Position numbers and translations under genes: made by a program
Notes under the pieces: model-generated
Seen by the model: the letters and a program-made list of their open reading frames with translations, nothing else
Told to the model about the DNA's origin: nothing
Database searches by the model: none
Source of the DNA: Eledone cirrhosa
Lineage: Eukaryota
NCBI GenBank assembly: GCA_964016885.1
Contig: OZ024760.1
Location: forward strand, 31,310,001-31,374,000
DNA: 64,000 nt
Direction of reading: 5' to 3'
Shown here: in pieces, positions 1 through 12,171 of the stretch
Position numbering within the stretch: the stretch's first letter is position 1
Layout of the letters: the number at the start of each line of letters is the position of its first letter

Positions 1-2400
1 ACTGGGCTAAGTCCCAGCCGGTCCCACGTCTCACAGGCGGCTTCACGTTCTCTGAACACAGAGGGTTCTGTTGTGTTTTGAAGAACCCTGCTGCCGAGGA
101 CACAGCACGAGGTTACTGACAAAAGATACACCAGCAAAACTAGTGAGATCGGGGACCGGAGGCCAAGGCTGCCATACCTGACCGGTAAAGTGGCCTGTTG
201 CCACCCTATGTTGTCAAACTTGACGTGCATATCCCCTCGGCTGCTGCTCGGATACAAGTATCGAGGTCAGTGAGGAGAGATGTCTGGGTGTAGCATGGAG
301 CACTGCGGAGTGTATAGAGGTGCTTCGGCATGGCGAAGCAGTTCCTCCGCAGAAAGAGAGCTGGGTGGCCGTCAATCAAGCCCAGTCGGCTCGTGAGAGT
401 CTGGAGCTGTTGAAGCCTGGACCTGATGGTGGAGCGGATGGCCGGCGGTTGGATCAGTGACCCAAGGATGAGGACATCCTCTTTGGGGGTCACCTGAACC
501 TGGCGGAGAATGGACCGCACATCCAAGACGGAGGCTGCAAAGCTCGCAGCATCGAGGCTGATGTTCACCACCTCCGACTTGGCCGAGTTGACCTGGAGGC
601 TGATTCCCGCCAGGGCAGGAATTATCGATTGAAGGTCATGGCAGACCGCCCAACGTAGCATCATCCAGATACCAAACGTTGAGACGGGCCGTGATACTCC
701 GGGCGATGTGGTCAATACCAAGGGCGAACAGGAGGGGTCCGAAAGGGTCGCCCTGATGGAGCCCAGTAGCCGAGGGTATGACCGTATCAGCAGCTAGGAG
801 CATGCTCAGGGCTCCATATGACAGGTAGGCCAGCGGGTAATCAGAGGGGGCTCGGTTGAGGCAGGCATCGAGCAGATGATCTCGGCGTAAGGAGTTAAAG
901 GCATTCCTCATGTCAAGCTTGACAATGAGGTGCCTGGAGTCCCTGGATGCCGGTACCGATGGGCAGCTGCTGAAGTACTGCCTGATTGCATGAGCGTCTC
1001 CCTCACAGCCACCGGACACACTGACACCCAGTTGCACCGGACTAAACTCCTCACCCAGTTCGTCTGTGACGGACTTGCAGATCACCTTGGCAGCCAGCCT
1101 CCGGAAGACATTGCACACAGTAATGGGGCGTATGCCACCCTCTTTCTTCCTGAGACCGGTGAGGCTGGCTGAAAAAAAAAGGGCTTGGGCGTAAGGGTCG
1201 AGGGCACCATGAATGAGCCTATTGGTGAGCGCCACAATTGCACTCAGAAAGTGGCGCCCGGCCTCAGCGGAGAGGGGGGATGTCAACTCCTTGAGGTGGC
1301 CTGGTCGGAGACCATCAACACCTCCGCAGCTGCTAGCTGGGAAGGACCTGATGGCGGACATGATATCTGCATCAGTAGTCACAAGGAGCAAGTGGGGGTA
1401 TGGGTCTGAGATCAGTGGGTGGCTCAGGGTGTTTGAGCTGCAGAGCAGCCAGGACCGCCTCGGTAGGTTGGAGGACAGTGTCCTCTGTGGCAACAACTCT
1501 GACTGCGGCCGAGACATCACCCATGATAAACTTTGCGTTTACCTGGTCACGCAAACGCTTGAGGCTGGCCTCGGGGGTGGAGGATAGGGGGTACCTGAGG
1601 GTGGGGTGTGTGGCGTCCCAGGGCACGTTTGGAATGGGCGCTCGCCCAAATGACGAGACATTGACCTTGACGAAGGCTGCTGTTGACCGGCCGCCCCGGT
1701 CAGCGGCAGAACTGGGGAGGCCGAGGGCGAGTGGGGCGAAATAGAACAGCTGCTCCCAGTCCCTAGCTCGATTGGAGTCCAGGGCGCTCTCAATCGAGGA
1801 AGCAAGGGCATCCCGTGCCACTTTCAGGATCCTGAGTGGGATCTTCCAGAACCGCCTGAGCCGAGCGATATTGACCAGCGAGGCTCGGGCGTCAGGCAAG
1901 CTCGCTGTCACATCTGCTGGTGTGCCAGACGGCCGTGGCTGGGAAGATGTGGGGAAGAGTCAACTCCTGCGCCTCCATGCTGCGAGGGCATTGGAAGCTC
2001 GACGAGTCAAGCCAACGCAGGTGAGGTGGTGGAAGCAGCCGCACCCTAAACAGTTCCGGCCCCTCTTCCGTAGTTAGTGGTGCCGCAAGTGCTGCAGGTG
2101 TCGATTTGGAGGGGTGGGGGATGAGGCGTGGGGCCGGGGACTGGGGCACTGAGTGGCATCAGGTGTGGGTGTGCTGGTAAGAGGGCCGCATAGCTCACCT
2201 ATATATATAGAGGTGCCAGAAAACGAGAGCAAAAAGGGGCTGCATGGAGGGGGAGACGCAGAAAGGTAGAATGGCAGTAAATGAATGAGTGAATGGATGG
2301 ATGTACACCAAAAAAGGGGGGGAGGGGAAGGGAGAGAAAACAAGGGGTTGTTCCCAGCGGAAAGACCCAGAGTTCAGCATGCACACATGCGAGCAACTGA
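1..2400 (-). mobile_element. CRE-clade (early-branching, RLE-type) non-LTR retrotransposon, frameshifted, running off the window start
   Basis: ORF 636..1520 has RT motifs GVDGLRPGHL, LRKKEGGIRPI, KLDMRNAFNSL, QGDPFGPLLF and WYLDD. It continues in shifted frames (CFAMPKHLYTLRSAP; WQQATLPVRYGSLGLR at about 160-210). The segment is GC-rich relative to the host. The clade call comes from motif recall. Confidence 0.75.
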
Positions 2401-2705
2401 GCAGTTTGTCATAGGACCTTGTGGCTGGAGGTGAGTCACTGATGCTGGGGTTGGCTTCCTCTTGTTAATGGTAGAGTTGTTGTTGTTAATGACACTGTTG
2501 TCGTCGTTGCCTTCCTCTTGTTAATGGTCAAGATATAGAGCGAAATACAAAATCCACCAGCCAGGTTTGTACGTCGGAAGATCGAAGTGTGTTTTCTTGT
2601 CTTCGTCAATACTTTCATAAACGGCTTTGGAGATTTAAAACTTGTTTCAGTTGGTGCTTCCATTTCCACACGGTTCTATTGTCTTATTTACAAAAATATA
2701 TTTCT

Positions 2706-4210
2706 ATCATCATCATCATCATCATCATCATCGTTTAACGTCCATATTCCACGCTTGCATGGGTTTGGACGGGTTTTTCCCACTTGAGGCAAGAGTGGTT
2801 GTCTTGCTCGCATAGGACTGTCTGGCGGGTTTTCTACGGCTGGATGCCCTTCGTAACACCAACCACATTTACAGTGTGGAACTGGGAGGTTTTTACCGTG
2901 TTACCTACACGGCCACATTACAGCGTGGACTGTGTGTTTTTTTGTCGTGACACCTACAGAACCTCATTTGTTTCGGGCTGGATGTTGTGGTACCAACATA
3001 ACTTTACATTGAAAGGGGTGGTGTGGATGAGGTGGGGGTAGTGGGACGGGGGTGTATTTTGTTAGAGGTGCCTACTGACTGTAGTAGGTCTCACTTTGTA
3101 CTTAGGTGAGGCGTGTCTTCTCTATTACTGTGTAGCGCCAAAGATCTTGGTCCAGTGACATTGTCTTGGAGAGGTGTAAGTGTGTGAGGTCGGAATTTAT
3201 CAAGTCGTCCCAGGTTTTTCTGGGTCTGCCTACTCCATGGCTACCGTCTATTTTTATTGCCCTGCATTTTTTTATACAGCTGTCGTCTTTCATGCACATC
3301 ACGTGACCATACCAACGTAGCCTTCTCTCGAGTAAACAACATCTGATCCCTCTTATTTCTAATTTTTCCCTTAGTTCGTTTATGCTTTGCCGTTCACGTA
3401 TATTACTATTACACATCCAGCGGAGCATGCAAGCTTCGTTCCTCTCCAGTCTGCGTATATCCTCTGCACACAATGCCCAGGTCTCACTGCCATGCAACAT
3501 TGCTGTTCGTATGCAGGCATCATACAGCCTGCCTTTCATTTTTAGGGAGAACCCTTTAGCGGCTAATAGTGGTATAAGCTCTCTGAACTTTTTCCATCCA
3601 GTTCTGACTCTAGCTACTGTACTTTCAGAGCACCCTCCAACACTGCTGATTTTGTCACCCAGGTAACGGAAGGTGTCCACTATTTCTATAGAACCATCTG
3701 TGCAATGGAATGAGCTAGTATTTTGTGGCCACTTGCTGCTACTTATTGCACCAGAGCACCGGCCACATATAAAATCTATGTTCTTAGTTAGCTTACCTGT
3801 GATCCCACTACATCTTTTATGCACCCATACTTTGCATTTGGGACATAAAATGGAGTTTCTACCTACTCCTTTCCTACACACTAAGCATGGCCATTTCCCG
3901 GATGGACCGGCGCCCTATTTTCCTTCCTACAAACTAGAACTTTAGTCTTAGACAGGTTAATTTTAAGGCCTTTTGATTCTAGGCCATGCTTCCATGTTTG
4001 GAATTTCTTCTCTAGTTCGGCCATTGATTCAGCTATGAGCGTTAGATCATCTGCGTATAGGAGTTCCCATGGGCAGCCGGTCTTGAACTCCACTGTTATA
4101 GCCTGAAGGGCAATAATAAATAGTAGGGGGCTAAGAACGGAGCCCTAATGAACACCAACTTTTACGCTAAACTCTTCACTATGTTCGTTGTTAATTCTAA
4201 CCTTGCTGTT
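2706..4210 (-). mobile_element. RTE-clade LINE, 5'-truncated 3' part
   Basis: ORFs 3881..4093 (PWELLYADD) and 3102..3881 (MLHGSETW, RRLRWYGHV, GRPRKTW); 3' UTR ends in (GAT)n, seen as (ATC)n at about 2706-2732. Confidence 0.9.
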
Positions 4211-4328
4211 ATACCTCTATATATTTCTTTATTTATTTCTCTTCTTTTAGTATAATATAGCGAGTTTAATATTCTATTAGGTGGTTCAAGGAGACGTTCT
4301 ATATATATATGTATATATATATATAAAT

Positions 4329-4360
<32 letters not shown>

Positions 4361-4624
4361 CATTATCATCACTGTTTAACGTCCATTCCTCCACATCGGC
4401 GTGAGTTACGAGTTACATGAGTCATCATGTGATACAAGCCAGATGGGATGACCATGTCCCACTCATATTGAACTGATTTTGGCCTGGCTTCTATGGCTGG
4501 ATGCCCTTCTCAATGCCAACCACTTTACAGTGTGAACTGGGTGCTTTTTGTCGTGTCATCAACACAACGACTTTTCAGTGTAGATTGGGGGCTTAGGTGG
4601 GGAAGATGCATAGGGATGGGAGAG

Positions 4625-4832
4625 GGTGCTTATCCCGGTTTCATGGCGTGAAGCGACAGAGTACAAGATTCCCTCCTGGACAGGACGCCAGTCCATCGCA
4701 GGGTTAAACCTCCAGCTATTGCTGGTACTCATTTTCAGCTGAGTATACTAGAACAATGTGAAATGAAGTGTTTTGCTCAAGAACACAACACACAACCCAC
4801 GACACTCTTACCACTAGGCCATGTGCCTCCAC
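4625..4832 (-). mobile_element. tRNA-derived SINE (cephalopod-type), decayed
   Basis: Shares the core cagctgagtatactagaacaatgtgaaatgaagtgttttgctcaagaacacaac with the copy at about 35930-36180. Confidence 0.7.
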
Positions 4833-4892
4833 ATATATATATATATAGTTTTAGGAATAACCAAAGAGTGCTTAGAAATACATTGTTTTATT

Positions 4893-4939
4893 AACTAACA
4901 GTGTTTCATCCGTACCCTAAGACAGGTATCATCAGAGCC
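4893..4939 (-). ncRNA. Degenerate minimal type I hammerhead ribozyme motif
   Basis: Minus strand: ggct CTGATGA tacc-tgtcttag-ggta cggat GAAA cact GTT agtt aataaa. The layout matches the 58674 motif, but stem II is imperfect. Confidence 0.45.
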
Positions 4940-6227
4940 TATAAACAAGAGTATATCAATAGTTGCATGCTCTATCAAGCTGCCTTGCCAGAACAAGGTT
5001 AAGGGGCCAGCAGGGGGAGGGGGTGTCCCTGAGGCCAGTGCTATATAGAAACAGACACAATTCATGACGCATATACTGTCATAAAATGGCATAAAAAATG
5101 TCATAAAAAATACCATAAAAAATTACATCAAAGATCACATAAAAAATTTATCATTTACATGGTGCAATAGATGACAAGGAGGGTGGGAGAGGGTAGCAGG
5201 GAATGAGTGAAGGTGTTACTCAGCATGATCAAAAACAATAAAAAAAAAAATAATAAAAAAAAAACAATAAAAAATGCAGAAACAAAACACCAAAAGAAAC
5301 AAACATCAAGGCATAGATACATCAAAGCACAAGCAGTGTAGATAGAGTATGTACAGGCAGATTAAGAGATCTTGCAAGCATGAGTCTGTGAGAAGGATAG
5401 ATGGTGCAGCTTTACATGTAGGATTGTCTATAGGAAGGTTATATCGCCTTGTAATAGGTCGATCCTCCGTATCTTATCAGCACGCCACGGACAACTTCCA
5501 TTGGTTCCAGTTCCGAGCTTTAGGCAAAGTAACACTGTTTCCAAAACATATACTCCGGGGATTTATCCGGATAGGCAGTCAGCGATAAACCCCTAAATAT
5601 AAAATAAAATAAAGTACGATGAGTTGAAGAGAGGTAGGGTATATGTACAGCCGGCACTCCAGTGAGGAAATTGAAAATACGACAGGTCCGCAATAACTGC
5701 CATCTCCCAAAGTCCTCACGTTCGGTCAGTCAACCCAACGTCCCAAGTGAAATTCACTGTAAGGCCAAATCGGCATCGAACCAAAGTGTCATACCGTATA
5801 CAATTATACCACAGTAAATGTAAATCGTGATGGCTATTCCGTCACATAGACAGAAGGTGTGTACAGAGAGCTCCGCTTCCAGAATTACCTATGGCAGAGT
5901 GAGGGAAAAGCAGATGTGGTTACAATAATAAGCGGGTTTATTAGAGTGGGTGCAAATTTCTGTAGAAAATATAGAAAACTCACCACAACCACCACTACCA
6001 CCATGTCTGGCACCATCCACCACCATCACCATCACTGACACCATCCACCACCACCACCATCACCAGCGATCAGGCCTTAAGAAGAAGAAAACAACTATAA
6101 TACTAAATAACTATTCTGTTCTTGGTACGGGGCAGCAATTGTCCCAGCCCATTGCTTGTTTTTGGGCCCAGAGAGTGGAGAGCCGTTGCTCTATGGTGTA
6201 AAGCAAACAATTATTATTATTATATAA

Positions 6228-6425
6228 AAACGGCGGTGGATTGGCAGTATTGGTAGAGTGTCGGATGCCATGCTTTGGCGCATAGAGTTACGGCCCTTGC
6301 CATTCTGAGTTCAAATCCTGCCGAGGTTAACTTTGCCTTTCATCCTTACGGGGTCGATAAAATAAAGTACCAGTAATACACTGGTTATTTGCTGGCCTTG
6401 TGCCTAAAGTAGAAACAATTATTAT
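6228..6425 (+). mobile_element. tRNA-derived SINE, second family
   Basis: B-box-like gagttcaaatcc followed by the core ttaactttgcctttcatccttacggggtcgataaaataaagtaccagt. Related copies lie at 36922-37100 (+), 32775-32995 (-) and 53240-53360 (-). Confidence 0.7.
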
Positions 6426-6600
6426 TATATAAAAACTGAACTGGAAAAGTCAATTTTGTATCAGAACTGACGGTAATATATGTATGTATGTGTGTGTGAG
6501 TGGCGTGTGTGTGTTTGTATGCATGAGTGTTGGTGTGTGAGTGGCATGTGTGTTTGTATGCACAGCAACAAGTATATAGGAACAACAACAATAAAAAAAT

Positions 6601-9600
6601 ATGAAGACGTCACATCTCGGAGTTGCAACACTTATTGTTGGCACTCTCACAGATAGATCTGCTGAAATAGCGCAGATGCTGGAGAGAAGGCATGTGGATG
6701 TGTGCTGCGTGCAAGAGATGAGATGGAGAGGTGCCTCTGCAAGACTAATCGCAGGCAAACATCTTAGCTATAAGCTTTTCTGGGTAGGTAAGGATGATGG
6801 GTTAGGGGGAGTAGGCATTTTCCTGGCTGAGAGATGGATCAATAAGACAATAGAGGTAGTTCGAGTTAATAATCGAATAATTAAGCTTAGATTAGTTGTA
6901 GGCAGGAGACTACTGACAATCATCTCTGCCTATGCTCCCCAAGCAGGCCTAGGCAAAGAAGAGAAAGACTGCTTTTACGAGCAACTTTTACAAACAGCCG
7001 CAATAACAGAGGATGGAGACATCATTATGCTAGCAGGGGACTTCAATGGTCATGTTGGACAGCTCCAGGATGGTTACACTGGGGTACATGGTGGGCAATA
7101 TTACGGCTCAAGAAATGAAGAAGGAGTGAGACTTCTTGAATTTTGTGATGCAGGTACACTGACTATTTACAACACTAACTTCCAGACACCTGCCAACCAC
7201 CTAATAACCTACAAATCAGGCGAGCACATAAGCCAGATTGACTTCTTACTAGTTAGGTAGAGGGACAGGCAGATGGTGTCAAATACCAAGGCATACCCTG
7301 GGGAAGAATGTACCCCACAGCATAGGTTAGTCGTTAGTGATATCTCAGTAAGCAAGAGATGGAATGAGACATACAGGAAGGTGTGGAGAAGAAAGGTCTG
7401 GAAGCTAAAAGACCTTTCACTAAAATACAAATTTAGGAAAGCCCTTCAAGATGTGTATGACGAAAAAGAAGACTATTTAGAGTCGTATGAAATAGATAAT
7501 AACTGGAATTTCTTACGTGACAACTTACTGCAGGCTACTGATGAAACTTGTGGCTGGAGCAGAGCTCCAACCAGACAGAGAGTGACCTGGTGGTAGAACA
7601 GCACAGTAGATAGGGCCATTAGAGACAAAAGAGTAGCATGGAAGGCTTGGAAAAAGGGTGGGAGCAGAGAAGGATATACAGCCGCTAAGAGAGAAACTAG
7701 ACGTCAGGTGTACTTAGCACGCAGGGAGGCTGAGAGTAGGAGGTTTGCTAATGTTCTGCGACGGGAAGATCAGAGGCGTGCGGTGTTCCACATTGCAAGG
7801 CAGTGTGTCAATGCAAATCAGGATGTTGTTGGAGATAAATGTGTCCGGAATGATGCCGGTGTACTTAGTGTCACGAATGATCAGAAAAAGGAGGCCTGGA
7901 AATGTCATGAGAGACTGATGAATGTGGAGAACGAATGGGAGAGAGAGAAATTACCCTCAGTAGATCCGACAGAGGGACCAGCTATTGAGATTGACGAATA
8001 TAGGGTCCAAGAGGCGATTAAGGAAATGAAAAATGGTAAGGCTGCTGGACTGTCGGGGATAGTTGCTGAGATGCTGAAGGCATCAGGGGACGTAGGCACT
8101 AAACTGGTTGCACGCATCATCAATCAGGCTATATATGGTGGTGTCATACCCAAAGACAAGTGCAGCAGTATTCTCATAAATTGCTACAAAGGTAAAGGGG
8201 ATGCTCTGGAGAGGAGCAATTATAGGGGTATAAAACTGATGGATCAGGTTATGAAAGTGGCAGAAAGGATATTAGCACAACTAATTAGAGAAAGGGTCAA
8301 ACTAGATGAGATGCAGTTTGGTTTTGTGCTTGGGAAAAGTACAACAGATGCCTTCTTTTTGGTGAGACAATTAGAAGAGAGGTTCTTAGAGAAAAATAAG
8401 CCACTATACTTAGCCTTTGTTGACCTAGAGAAGGCCTTTGATAGGGTACCCCGATCTGTCATCTGGTGGTCCCTAAGGAAGCTAGGTGTTGAGGAATGGC
8501 TTGTGAGGACAGTGCAAACTTGGTACAGAAGTACTGTCAGTAAAGTCAGGGTAGGAATGGAGTTTAGTGAGGAATTCAAGATAAAAGTAGGAGTACATTA
8601 AGGTTCGGTCCTCAGCCCGTTCTTGTTCATTATAGTCCTCCAAGCCATAACAGAGGAGTTTAAGACTGGCTGTCCATGGGAACTTCTCTATGCTGACGAT
8701 CTGGTTCTTATAGCAGAATCAGTAGAGGAGCTAGAGAATAAATTCTGGCTATGGAAACAGCAGTTGGAAGCAAGAGGACTGAGAGTGAACCTAGCTAAGA
8801 CAAAAGTGTTGATGAGTAGAAAAGAGGACAAAACTCTGATTCCGTCAGAGAAATGGCCATGTTCGATATGCCGAAAAGGAACTGGCATAAATTCTATAAA
8901 ATGTACACAATGCAGTTCCTGGGTACACAAGAGATGTAGTGGGATAGCAGGCAAACTAACAGGTAGGGAGAAATACGTATGCAGTAGATATACAGGGAAA
9001 TTAGACAGTAGAAGTTACATTGATAAACACATTTTTCAAATGCAGGCGGGTGCTATAGAAGTGGTGGATAGCTTCCGGTACCTAGGAGATCAGATTAGCA
9101 TGGGAAGGGGGTTTTCCGAGGCCACAGTATCTAGAATAAGGACGGGTTGGAAGAAGTTTAGGGAGCTGCTTCCTCTGCTGACGAAGAAGGGTTTCTCCCT
9201 GCGTACGAAAGGCCGGTTATATGATGCCTGTGTGAGGAGCGCGATGCTGCATGGTAGTGAGACATGGGCAGCAAATGCAGAGGATATGCAACGGCTGGAG
9301 AGAAATGAGGCAAGCATGCTCTGTTGGATGTGCAATGTCAATGTGCATGAACGACCCAGCAGTAATGTTTTGAGAGAGAAACTGTCTGAGAAGGATAGAA
9401 TGTAGTGTACGGGAGAGGAGACTGAGGTGGTATGGATATGTGATGTGCATGGAGGATGACCGATGGGTGAAGAAGTGCCAGGAAATGCCAGTTGAAGGAA
9501 GACGTGGTAGAGGTAGACCACGAAAAACATGGGTGGAGGTGGTGAGAACAGACCTCAGATCACTGAAGCTCACGGTGGAGATGACAAAGGACCATGACAA

Positions 9601-9682
9601 GTGGAGAGATGCTGTGCTGAATAAGACCCATCCCACCCTTGCAAGCAGGGAAAAGCGGACGTAAAATGATCATGATGATAAT
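6601..9682 (+). mobile_element. RTE-clade LINE, near-complete APE+RT ORF broken by stops and frameshifts
   Basis: APE motifs (CCVQEMRW, SAYAPQ, AGDFNGHVG, SQIDFLL) in 6601..7260; RT motifs (NYRGIKL, QFGF, FVDLEKAFDRV, LLYADD) in 7708..9405; GAT-rich tail at about 9665-9680. Confidence 0.93.
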
Positions 9683-9694
9683 ATATATATATAT

Positions 9695-10692
9695 TTCTAC
9701 AGTTGGATGCCCTTCCTAACACCAACCACATTTACAGTGTGGGACTGGGAGGTTTTTACCGTGTTGCCTACACGGCCACATTACAGCGTGGACTGTGTGT
9801 TTTTTTGTCGTGACACCTACACGATCTCATTTGTTTCGGCGTGGATGGTGTGGCACCAACACAACTTTACATAGAAGGGGCGGTGTGGATGGGGTGGGGG
9901 TGGTGGGGCGGGGGTGTATTTTGTTAGAGATGCCTACTGACTGTAGTAGGTTTTACTATGTATTTAGGTAAGGCGGGTCTTCTCTATTACTGAGTACCGC
10001 CAAAGGTCTCGGTCCAGTGACATTGTAAGTGTGTGAGGTCGGAGTTTATCAGCTCGTCCCAGGTTTTTCTAGGTCTGCCTATTCCGTGGCTACCGTCTAT
10101 CTTTATTGCCCTGCACTTTGTTATACAGCTATCGACTTTCATGCGCATCACGTGTCCATACCAACGTAGTCTTCTCTCGAGTAAACAACATCTGATCCCT
10201 CTTATTTCTAATTTTTCCCTTAGTTCGTTTATGCTTTGCCGTTCACGTATATTACTATTACAGATCCAGCGGAGCATGCAAGCTTCGTTCCTCTCTAGTC
10301 TGCGTATATCCTCTGCACACAATGCCCAGGTCTCACTGCCATGCAACATTGCTGTTCGTATGCAGGCATCATACAACCTGCCTTTCATTTTTAGGGAGAA
10401 CCCTTTAGCGGCTAATAGTGGTATAAGCTCTCTGAACTTTTTCCATCCAGTTCTGACTCTAGCTACTGTACTTTCAGAGCACCCTCCCCCACTGCTGATT
10501 TTGTCACCCAGGTAACGGAAGCTGTCCACTATTTCTATAGAGCCCTCTGCGCAGTTGAAAGAGCTAGTATTTTGTGGGCACTTGCTGCTACTTATTGCAC
10601 CAGAGCACCGGCCACATGTGAAATCTATGTTCTCAGTTAGCTTACCTGTGATCCCACTACATCTTTTATGCACACATACTTTGCATTTTTGA
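9695..10692 (-). mobile_element. RTE LINE 3' fragment
   Basis: ORF 9987..10673 is nearly identical to 3102..3881 and is followed by the same 3' UTR. Confidence 0.9.
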
Positions 10693-10997
10693 CATATATA
10701 TATATATATAAAATAAACAACAGAGACGATTTTATTTGTGCATCTTCCGCATAAAACCTTCTTTCTTATTTATACTAAAACTCCGGGTGATACCTTACAA
10801 AGAAACACCTAAGGAATACAAACGTGGAGTGCTTCATATCTGTTTACGAAAAAGGTCGGTGGATTTTTTGATCACCAAACTTTCATCAACTGAATAATAT
10901 ATAATATATATATATATATAATAGAAACCAAAATATATGATAGTGCTAACAGTTTATCTAGCTTACTGTATTCATTCATACATGGACACACATACAC

Positions 10998-11051
<54 letters not shown>

Positions 11052-11053
11052 AC

Positions 11054-11372
11054 CTCTCGACCGTGACCTCTGGCGTCACGCAGTAATACAGAGTACCCGA
11101 CCTCCCATGGGTACAAGCTGAAGCATATAGACAATATGCTCCAACCCATCCCACTGCAAGGTGGTCATGGAAGTGCCACGGCAAAAAAGCACCCAGCCCT
11201 CACTGTAAATGAGGTTGGTGTTAGGAAGGGCATCCAGCTGTAGAAATCAAGCCAGAATCAGTTCCCATATGAGCAAGATAAGGTCAGCCAACCAGACACT
11301 GCCCAGAACAGGACAACAAGTCTAACCCATGCTAGCATGGAAGAACGGACGTAAAACGGTGATGATGATGAT
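11054..11372 (+). mobile_element. RTE LINE 3' end
   Basis: Matches 14170-14510 and ends ggacgtaaaacggt(gat)n. Confidence 0.8.
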
Positions 11373-11377
11373 GTATG

Positions 11378-11587
11378 TAAAAGGTAAACAGAAATAACAA
11401 CACAATTGGTACAGTATATGGAAGGTATATATTAGGTTAACGCTTGATGTAGCAGGAAGAGGGTCTTAACGTTTCGGACGCTAGTCTTTCATCACAAGAA
11501 AGAATAAGAAATAAAATAGGGCGGTATGGAATTGAAAAACATGTCTTTAGATAAAAATAACAGGTCCATTCATGTTGACATCTCTTA
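11378..11587 (-). repeat. Short dispersed repeat (probable PLE terminal fragment) carrying a hammerhead-like motif with a mutated core
   Basis: Homologous to 35455-35686. Minus strand 11464-11499 reads tctt GTGATGA aagactagcgtcc GAAA cg TT aaga, with C3 changed to G. Confidence 0.6.
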
Positions 11588-12084
11588 TATATATATACAT
11601 ATATATATATAAATATAAATTTAGCGAGAATCGCATTTCGGCGGGTAGAAATTGGCGAAACGCAATTTCTGTATTGTGTAGACAAGCGCTCCATGGATAT
11701 GAAGATACCAGAGCTATAAACATAAGTTAAAAAGGTCATACAAACTGAGACGATTTAACCACCTTAGCCAAAAAAGCAAACAAGCTAAAGGGGTCAAACA
11801 AAATGAGATATGATTGAAATAGTTACCTGGACCCTCGGGGAAGATGGAATACTCTGAATTTGGGTTTCTGCAACACCTAAATCAATAATACTGTCTGATT
11901 ATAAAAAATAAGCTTTTGGTATAATGATCGAACAAGGCATCGCTTTCTCAACAGGCATTTTGCTCTTCGTGCGCCAGAATCTCACACGTTATGAAAGCAC
12001 ATGTGAGGTTCTAAGGGGAGGAAACCCCTATTTTGGCCAGTGAATTCAGCATGTGTAGTTATTGCAAAATTTTGCAAAAACAGC

Positions 12085-12166
<82 letters not shown>

Positions 12167-12171
12167 TATAT

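Noticed and set aside
2330-2405. Possible HDV-like ribozyme at the CRE 5' end
   Set aside because: A hairpin (gcatgcacacatgc) is present, but I could not assign the nested double pseudoknot by eye. An Infernal or RNArobo search would be needed.
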